From Albugo candida (taxonomy: Eukaryota): a stretch of 31,153 nt of DNA. This document shows, piece by piece, positions 23,137 through 31,153 of the stretch (positions are counted from its first letter, which is position 1; each line of letters opens with the position of its first letter). Made by a program: the position numbers and the translations under genes. The notes below the pieces were generated by a model. It was given only the letters and a program-made list of their open reading frames with translations, searched no databases and was not told the DNA's origin. The DNA lies in the NCBI GenBank assembly GCA_040437565.1, contig JBDOQK010000047.1:248001-279153 (forward strand). Reading direction: 5' to 3'.

Positions 23137-23706
23137 AGAGAATGACCAGGCTGGCACCAGGGAAATAATTACAATATACTAACACAAATTATGCGCACAA
23201 CATCACTATATACTTAGCAGCGTCAATGTTCATGAAGTTATTGCAATCCACTGATTCAGTCTCAGGCGAGATGTCAGATTTATGCGTCGAATCCGTTTAC
23301 GTCAGAGTAAGGAGCTGAAGCTGAATAGCAAAGCATATTAGGCCAAATGTATGTTGGGCAGATGCAGTTTTTTCTTTTTCATAGAAATTGATTGATTCTG
23401 TGCTCACTTTCTATTGCACAAGGGTACCGGGGCATTACTAGTTATCAGCCATTCTATAATTTTCGATTATGCTGATTATAAGAATATAAACTACAGCACA
23501 AAGATCTAATGCCGAATAGTTCTTGCTACACTTGCGACCAGAATCGCTTGCGCTATGAGCGCGATGAATCCCTGTACATGACGAAAAAGCGTCTGCGGTG
23601 ATAGACGCCGGTTTAGCTCCAAAAGTACAACCAGCCTAGTGTTGTGTGAATTAGTAAATTCAGCCTAATTCAGCGTGTCACGCGATCTTGCAGATTAAAG
23701 GACGTC

Positions 23707-24648
23707 ATGCTTTTTGCATTCTTTCTCGCCAGCTTGGCCCTCGCTGTAGACGCAGGGGACCGTCCTATCATAGGAGTCTTTGCCCATCCTGCTACCTCTA
23801 ATGGAGATTATCTTGCAGCTTCTTATGTAAAATGGGTGGAATCTGCTGGTGGACGCGTCGTTCCGATTCCTTATAACGCTCCGATCGAGTACCTTAGCTC
23901 AATTGTTCCACAATTTAACGGGATTTTGTTTCCAGGTGGTGCAGCTGAACTCAATGACCAAGCCACTTTTATTGTACGATTCGCAATCGCTCTGAACGAC
24001 AAAGGAACTCATTTTCCAATTTGGGGAACTTGTCTCGGGTTGGAGTGGCTACTTCAAATCACTGCCGATGATATAGAAATACTGGATCACGGATTCGACG
24101 CTGGCAACATATCGTTGCCCCTCAATTTCACAGATGAAGCACGATCCAGCCGGATTTTTGGTAGCATGAGCGCTGATGTGTACAACTGGCTCGCGACAAA
24201 GCCACTCACAATGAATAGTCATGAAAATGGGATCACAACCAAGCATTTTGCACAATCAAGGAAGGTTTCTTCATTTTACAAAGCTTTGGCCACAAATGTT
24301 GATCGGAATGGAGTCGAGTTTATTTCAGCTTTCGAAGCGTATAATTATCCCATTTATGGTGTCCAATTTCATCCTGAAAAAAGTATGTTCGAGTTCGGCG
24401 AGAAGGACAGTGGAACTCCGCATGAAGTGATTAATCATTCTTTTGAGGCTATCTCCGCCTCACAGTACTTTGCCAATTTCTTTGTCAATGAAGCGAGAAA
24501 GAATGATCAGAAGTTCCATGATCCACACGAGGAGCGAGCCGCGCTTATTTACAACTACCGAACGTACACGGTCAAATCGCCGAAATTTGTGGAGACGTAT
24601 CTTTTCAAACATGATTATCCAACAAGCTTTTGGAAAGTGTTTGTTTGA
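23707..24648 (+). CDS. GGH: Gamma-glutamyl hydrolase (folylpolyglutamate hydrolase, peptidase C26), with signal peptide, 313 aa
   Basis: Signal peptide MLFAFFLASLALAVDA. Motifs RPIIGV, YLAASYVKWVESAGGRVVPI, NGILFPGG, catalytic Cys in PIWGTCLG, catalytic His-Glu in YGVQFHPEK, ANFFVNEARKN, LIYNY. Confidence 0.95.
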   Translation: MLFAFFLASLALAVDAGDRPIIGVFAHPATSNGDYLAASYVKWVESAGGRVVPIPYNAPIEYLSSIVPQFNGILFPGGAAELNDQATFIVRFAIALNDKGTHFPIWGTCLGLEWLLQITADDIEILDHGFDAGNISLPLNFTDEARSSRIFGSMSADVYNWLATKPLTMNSHENGITTKHFAQSRKVSSFYKALATNVDRNGVEFISAFEAYNYPIYGVQFHPEKSMFEFGEKDSGTPHEVINHSFEAISASQYFANFFVNEARKNDQKFHDPHEERAALIYNYRTYTVKSPKFVETYLFKHDYPTSFWKVFV

Positions 24649-26207
24649 AAAAGCTGGCTGGAGATTGCAAAAAGTATTGCCTAAACGTAGTGGTTGATTC
24701 TAATCTTTGTATCAATCGATGTTGTTTGAGTCCTTTTACTTCCTCTCCTCCTGAATTCTTTCTGCAGACGCTCGTACCTGATGAATTCTCGCTACAAGAG
24801 TAATGATTGCTATTATAAATATTCCGATCATGCGCTGCTGTGGGGGAGTGAATATATTGAAACAAGAACATGTAAATATTTCTAAGCGACAGCTTGAGTA
24901 AACGAGCAAGAACTCAGCAGGTCGTTTTCGGGTAATTTTACGACAATCATATTCTAGATTATGATGCTCCCCTCGAAGCAAAGGTAAGATAAACAGGCCC
25001 ACCTGCGTTATCGTAATCTCCGCATACAGCAATTGCACTCTCCAATTCTTGATGAACTAATATAAATTCTCTACTAGTACTGGTGCATCCTAGTTCCCAG
25101 CTAATATCATCGGTTTTAAGTGGTAGTTTACACTTGTGTAAATCCAGCCAGAATGTCGGAATCGGGTTCGAAGCAATAATTGAGCAGGAGGCAGTCAATC
25201 AGGGTTCCTGTACGGACGTGTGATACTTGGTCTCTTGTCGTCAGTATATGACATTATGGCCTTACGCGGACAGCAGTATCATCAAAAAGTGGTCAAATTC
25301 TGCTGAGTCAACGTACACAAAGAAAGCAATGCTTTACTGATTGATAGCGTTAGATATTGTGGGAATCAACCATCAAATTTCGAATGCCGTCTTTCGGCTG
25401 TCGGCTACAATCATCAGTACCTGGTTTTAATGGTCTGCACGGTGCTAATATATATAATAAGTCCAGTTGTGACACGAGTAACATGGGAAATGGTCATCGT
25501 TTCAATTGCACTCGCAGCATGCTTTGCAGAGCCAAATCAGATAGCAAGCATATGTACTATTTCTGACATGCTTCATAGAAAAAAAGTATCAATACTCTCA
25601 ATATCTCACCGAAGATCACCACAATCGTATTTGAGCCTGACTCGTGCAAAGAAGTAGTCAAAAAAAGGAAACCGGTTTGATTGCTCAGGATATATCGAAA
25701 ATACTCGTAAAATTGAATATCGTAGCTCTGGATTGCCTGATGATGCTCGAGAAAGCCTGATGTAAAGCATTTTGAATAGAAGAGTTTCAGTATCGGCTTG
25801 TATGACATGAACAAAATGCCCAAACAGACTAGATTAACGATCAGTACTCACAATAAGCGGGGTGGGATTAAGTCATCCATTATTTGTTCCGATAATCTGC
25901 ACCCATGCATCTGACTAGGATATAATCAGACTGTAACTCCGGAAATGTTCTTGAAGCTGTTTAAGGAACAGCTTAATAGTATACAGTGTCAACATGGCCG
26001 ACGTGAACCCACCAACTGACTTTATCGATATCAATCAGAGCCGCACCAACGAATCTCTAATTGATGTATACAAGGACGAGTCGATATTATATGGCAGTCG
26101 CTTTGTATCAAGTAAGTTAAAATTCGAAAATGTATCGCAGTTGAGGCAACGAATCAGCTAAATGGTTTGCAGCTTTAGCAAAGCTTCGAGCATCACCTGA
26201 ATGGTTA

Positions 26208-26265
26208 GATGATGATGTGATTTACGGAGCTTGTTCGATGATGATGTGATTTACGGAGCTTGTTC
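26208..26265. repeat. Perfect 29-bp tandem duplication
   Basis: GATGATGATGTGATTTACGGAGCTTGTTC occurs at 26208-26236 and 26237-26265. Confidence 0.95.
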
Positions 26266-27161
26266 CCTACGGTCTTGCCTCGATATAGTTGCCAGCTCCT
26301 CCAATGAAGCTGCATCCGGAGCGGAATAAGTGCTAGTTCAGTTGGTGCAAATGCGACTAGTGGAATACTTGCAACAGTTTTGTAAATTTTTCGCAGTCGC
26401 GTTCTTGTTTCCATCCAACTTTTGAAGTAAAAAGCATATGAATATTGAATTTTAGCATTATCGCTGTCAATTCAGCCAAAGGTAGAACACTCAAGCACAA
26501 CGATACCACAAGGGAATAATTGTCCGTTCATGGTCTCAGTAACCTAAGTTTTACGTATCATTGAAATCGAACGGAGCATTACCACTATATAAGGATCCTA
26601 TTTCGTTGGCCTCTACGACTGTCCGGGATGATGCTGTCTTCAAAAGGCTCGAGAAAGCAAAGTCCTCGTCCATGTCATCATTATCGTCATGAATATCTAA
26701 AGATCTCGTTGCACTCTTCAAAGAACGCCTCACACAGAAGCGAAGCCTATAAACAGGGCAGGAAAAAGTACGGAATTCCAATTTTGATGTGTGTCGGACT
26801 GTTGATGATCGGTTGGATAGTTGCAATCGTCAGAAGACCAGGTGTGAGACTGCTTATGGGTACAGCCAAAGAGATTTTCAAGCCTGATATTGAGGCCATC
26901 AAATCTCGCATCTCGAGCGCGTTCTCTAGGGTCTCTAATTACATTTGCATGTCGGAAGAGCTTCCCCGCATAAATCATTTCGACCAAGACATTCAGGAGA
27001 TTATCAGGCAGAAGATCTCAGCTTTTACAATAGCATGCGCGCAATAGTTTTAAGGAAAATCCGGTTTAGAATGAATGAATATGGTTCCAGTTTGATCAAA
27101 AGATGTACTTTAATTCAAAAAACATGCAAATACGAAAAAGAGGGCAGAAAATGCGTTTTAT

Positions 27162-27848
27162 CTAAACCAAGAGAGATGCCATGATTGCGGAAGAGATAGC
27201 AACGACTGCCACAGAAGTCATCACGGATTGAGCGGAACTGATTTTGTCTGCAGAATCCGCAGTGGTATCGGCTGAGCCCGAAGATCCTCCAGCTGTGTCG
27301 CTAAGTGTTGTAGATGTCGGTGTATTTGTGTCTTCAACTGAGGTATCGGAAGTTGATTCACCCGAGGTCGGCTTAGGATCATTCTGCTGTTCAGTGAGTG
27401 AGACTCCGGAGGGTGAACCGCCAGTTGTCTTCTTCTCCTCTTTCAGTAAATTGGAGCCAGGTGCGTCTCTGAGACTAGTTGGGGTGGAAGCGGTGAGTGG
27501 CTGGTCCGCAGGGGCAGGTGGCATAGGAGCGGGTGCTTCATCGTTGGCATTGTCATTTTCGGTACTTGGTGGCTGCACTGGTGCTTGTGCACCTAGCTGA
27601 ACTGGCTGCATGTTCGGGTTCGTGGTGCTTGGGTTCGTGGTGCTCGGGTTCGTGGTGCTCGGGTTCGTGGTAGTTGTTCGCGTATTGCTGGAGGTGGTGG
27701 TGGATTGAGGTCCGGTGGCAGGGGCTCCGGTGGGTGCATTTCCGGCATTGTTTGTTGCTCCAGTTTGAGTTGTCATTGGTGGTGGTGGCGTTTGGGCATT
27801 AGCCTGAGCAAGAGCAATGGCAGCGATGAGGTATCCGAAAGTTTTCAT
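27162..27848 (-). CDS. Secreted Ser/Thr/Pro-rich mucin-like surface protein, probably GPI-anchored, 228 aa
   Basis: Signal peptide MKTFGYLIAAIALAQANA. Low-complexity T/S/P/N body with NPSTT repeats. C-terminal small-residue omega site (ISSA) followed by the hydrophobic tail VMTSVAVVAISSAIMASLLV*. Confidence 0.88.
   Translation of the reverse strand: MKTFGYLIAAIALAQANAQTPPPPMTTQTGATNNAGNAPTGAPATGPQSTTTSSNTRTTTTNPSTTNPSTTNPSTTNPNMQPVQLGAQAPVQPPSTENDNANDEAPAPMPPAPADQPLTASTPTSLRDAPGSNLLKEEKKTTGGSPSGVSLTEQQNDPKPTSGESTSDTSVEDTNTPTSTTLSDTAGGSSGSADTTADSADKISSAQSVMTSVAVVAISSAIMASLLV
27616..27671. repeat. 15-bp coding minisatellite (about 3.7 copies) encoding TTNPS repeats
   Basis: GGGTTCGTGGTGCT(T/C) at 27616, 27631 and 27646, with a partial copy at 27661. 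Confidence 0.9.
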
Positions 27849-27900
27849 TGTGATTGTCTATATGGAATTTGCTTTGTACAATTGGTGTGTTGGTCAGGAG

Positions 27901-27917
27901 GAAAATGTGATAGTGAG
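27901..27917 (-). promoter_or_regulatory. Putative oomycete INR+FPR core promoter of the mucin-like gene
   Basis: The minus strand reads CTCACTATCACATTTTC, close to the oomycete INR (YCAYTYY) plus FPR (MWTTTNC) arrangement, ~55-70 nt upstream of the ATG at 27848. Confidence 0.5.
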
Positions 27918-29818
27918 TTGAGATATGATATGAGATCTTATATGTTCTGGAAGAGAGAGTTATGCCATTACTCAGCGAACACATGCCACGCCCTATCCAA
28001 GACACTATGCATTTTGTGTGTAACATGAGTCTATAAATACATACAAAGCCGATATTTTGGTATGGGCACCCAATTACCTACATCGTTTCTCACGCTTCCT
28101 GAAATAACTATGATCCAATGAATGGTATAAGCGATTTTCACGCTGAGTTAATTGTTAATCGATTTGTTTTATGTCGGAAGTATGGGAAAGATTCAACAAA
28201 CGTTTAACTGAACAAGTCGTGTTCTTATGCTTATCTCATTCAAAGATAGAATACAGTTTCCGTTTATCGTAGCACAACTAAAGGAACAACGATTTCAATT
28301 TTCACAGTGAATTATATTTCAGTCCAGTATTGTTTCACCCAGAAACTGGATACTTAGTGGAGTGGAGATCACATGATGCATTATGCCCGATTTTGGGCCA
28401 TATCGATCACTTGATCGCCACATCGGCATGTTACTATGATGCATTGGAAAACAGCCTCCCCTGGCAGAAGCAGACATGTGCTTAGTGCCAACAAAGTTAG
28501 TGGGATCTTACCGACAAGGAATTAACACAGCATTTTGTATGCTCCTATATGGTTTTATATCGACCCTTAGCTTCGTTTTGAAAAGAAGCAACGATCGAAA
28601 AGCGTCTCTGCTTATAGTCTTTGTCTGGGAATGACAACCGTGGTTGCGTTTCGCTCAAGGCGGTCTCTATGTGACTTGTTTGCTGAAAGAGCGATATGGT
28701 TCGGGTCTGCTCTCGAATACACTTTGCGTGTTAGTACATGCGAAGTCAGAAAGGCGTCAGTTCAGCCTCAATCGAAGTTTTTGCGCCGGGTGCACCTCGA
28801 AGAAACGAAAATTTTCGATTAGCTCAACCGGATGGAATGTTGTAATGTCCCGAAAGGGAACACGCGTATCCATTGCAGTTTGGCATCCTACTCTAAGAGA
28901 AGGAGTTTTCTTTCCGATTATACCCGGAATCAGCTGCGCCGAGTTGGAAAGGCTGTACCACCGGATGAACCGATCCGATGTTTCTTCGCGTATCAGAACG
29001 TGATCGAGGCGGAGCTTAGATTTAGGTAAAGAATTCCAACAAGCTTTTTAACCGTCCTTGTAGAAGGTTGCTACTAATTTATTTGGATAAACATGGTCAA
29101 CCATCCCTCTGCACCATACCAAATCAAGCACAATTTGGGATTTGCAACAAGCGCATTCAGAAACCATCTTGTGCACTCAAAAGCGCTGTGTGAATTAAGA
29201 GAATTATCACCATTTGACTTTAATTAGTAGGTCAAGTCCAATTTGAGAAGAGCTGTTTCTTTCTTGGACAATTCTTTTCAGTCAAACGCGATGGTAGCAT
29301 ATCGCGTGCACACTGATTCCTTCACGTTGTGCGCGAATAACTTCTCGTCTGGTGCTATGGGATCTTCGGTTTACATTAGTCCAGTTGCGATTGCCTGTCT
29401 ACTCCGTTGTACTTGTTTCTTTCCGCTGATATCGATGTGGATTTTCTTGATGAACCGTGCATGTACTTCTATCTCTTCATTGTGGTTGGGGCACTAGTGA
29501 AGCCATTTACGTCTAGTTTTAGTAATTGAGCTGGGGCGGACCCCTATTATGAAATAGCCTTGGCATTTAGAGAAGCAAGGTAGTCTAATCATAGTGATAT
29601 CGACATTATTATTATCATCATAAGCGTTTTCGCGGCGGCAAGTCCGTATTAGCGGACTCTAGTTTTAGTGTTTTAGTCAGGACTTCCGGAAGAACAAATC
29701 TGTTTGTGATAAATTCTGAAAAAGTATTGTATTCCTTCAATTTGATAGGAAAATGCTGATTAACAAGAGACACAAAGAAAGCTAGAAGTTTTATTCAATC
29801 AATGTAAGCAGCCCCTTT

Positions 29819-31153
29819 TCAGTTAGCTATCTCATTCATTGCACCTGGTCGTGGTCCTTCTGCTCGGGTCACCATCGGAAGTTTAGACGCACATATTCTT
29901 TCACCGTTACCTCCAGATAGTTTCCGCCATCCATAAAGGTGCCAGTTAAGTTCTCTGAAGGGTACTGCTCGTAGAGAACCAACGCGGTAGGGAAATTGAT
30001 TTCCTTGAACCCCCCCACAACCACAATCCTTCGGACCTCTTGTTCTCTCCATCCAAATGTAGTTCTTTTCTGTGGATACAAACAATACATTGTGTATTAA
30101 AGCATAACATGCCAAGCATTCTGGAGTAGGAGTCTCAACCAGCACAACAGGGGCAAGTTTTTCAGATTGACTTGATGGTCGTTCAGTTGAAGACAAATGG
30201 TGTGCAGGCCTTTTTTTTGCTTTCCAGGATAGTAATTTTTTCCATATCGATGGTTTTTTTGTTAGGGAGATTTCATGAGCGCACACATCATCCTGGAGAT
30301 ACACAAATTTATAGCAGAGAGGTTTACCCCTCGTGGTGATGCACGTTCCGAGATTTTCCGCTTTCGTTGATTGGATGGTAAACAAGAAGGATATAGCGGA
30401 GGCATTCATCGGTGTGCTGAACTTGTCCCTGATGCATTTCCGGCATGGACGCGAATCCATATCCTTATGGTAAGCTAGCACACAATTGCTGTAATGACTG
30501 GAGGCACTAGCCGTATCTGGCGTATACAATGATCTCCGGTCTCGAAGCGCTGAATCATCCAGCTTTGNNNNNNNNNNNNNNNNNNNNNNNNNNNNNNNNN
30601 NNNNNNNNNNNNNNNNNNNNNNNNNNNNNNNNNNNNNNNNNNNNNNNNNNNNNNNNNNNNNNNNNNNAGGCACTAGCCGTATCTGGCGTATACAATGATC
30701 TCCGGTCTCGAAGCGCTGAATCATCCAGCTTTGGCCCGTAATGTCCGTAACACGTCTTCAGATCAACTTCCTCTACGTTTAATTTTTCATCCGTTTTGTC
30801 CGCAGTTGACATAAAACCATTGTTTGGGTACCGAACCAACAATATCGTGAAGTCGGAAACATCTCCACTCATTTTCATCCAGTACACGACGTTTTCGTTC
30901 GGGCTTTCCAGCAGATATTTAGGGAGCCAAAATTGCCAAGAATGGAAGTGATCACTTTTGCCTTGTTGTTCCGGTTTGATAGTCACTTTGTAACATCGAA
31001 GTTCTCCCGGGTCCGATCTAATTGATAATGCACCGTGTTCTGTATCTGTCGTAATCGTTGCAGAATATCGCGACACTTGTGCACCGTGAACAAGCTGACA
31101 CGCATCATCTAAATGACGATTGTTGTACATGACTGAATTGCAAACACCGGTAG
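29819..31153 (-). CDS. Cysteine-rich protein with CxxC modules, candidate Albugo-type (CCG/CHxC-like) effector; 5' end outside the window; ~388 aa visible after collapsing the overlap (31151-30734 + 30567-29819)
   Basis: The frame is open to the window edge (TGVCNSVMYNN...). The two ORFs share KLDDSALRDRRSLYTPDTASA across the gap. Modules SRPCRKCIRDKFS...GTC...PLC and TPECLACYALIHNVLFVS...KDCGC. No housekeeping motif recognised. Confidence 0.7.
30502..30733. other. 100-N scaffold gap with 66-bp overlap (assembly artefact)
   Basis: 30502-30567 is repeated at 30668-30733; Ns at 30568-30667. Confidence 0.9.

Noticed and set aside
26208..27671. Direct repeats considered as CRISPR-like arrays
   Set aside because: The repeats are head-to-tail with no spacers, there are no cas genes, and the context is eukaryotic.
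27244..28028. Plus-strand ORFs (118 and 107 aa) opposite the mucin-like gene
   Set aside because: Antisense shadows of low-complexity coding sequence; the minus-strand ORF has both the signal peptide and the GPI tail.

Overview
Eukaryotic nuclear DNA, most likely an oomycete with a compact genome (Albugo-like; inferred from 51-97 nt GT-AG introns, short intergenic spacers, oomycete-type promoter motifs and a CxxC-module protein). The first ~24.6 kb carries ten intact genes, all on the + strand: phosphoacetylglucosamine mutase (3' part), a divergent MOB-like protein, a FAB1/PIKfyve lipid kinase with an N-terminal PDZ-like domain, a four-PDZ scaffold, a coiled-coil/WD40 protein, a CAMK-type kinase, complex I 51 kDa subunit (NDUFV1), a small predicted mitochondrial membrane protein, a Kelch/coiled-coil protein and a secreted gamma-glutamyl hydrolase. 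A stop-riddled FAM184-like relic interrupts this run. The last ~6.5 kb is gene-sparse, with possible decayed coding remnants, a GPI-anchored mucin-like gene and a 5'-truncated cysteine-rich effector-like gene, both on the - strand. All six 100-N gaps are flanked by direct overlaps, so they are unmerged contig ends rather than real duplications, and one carries a fold-back chimera. I found no rRNA, tRNA, CRISPR array or recognisable transposon, and no clearly new multi-gene system. The best leads are unusual domain architectures, a MOB protein lacking its zinc ligands, gene decay and the effector-like gene.
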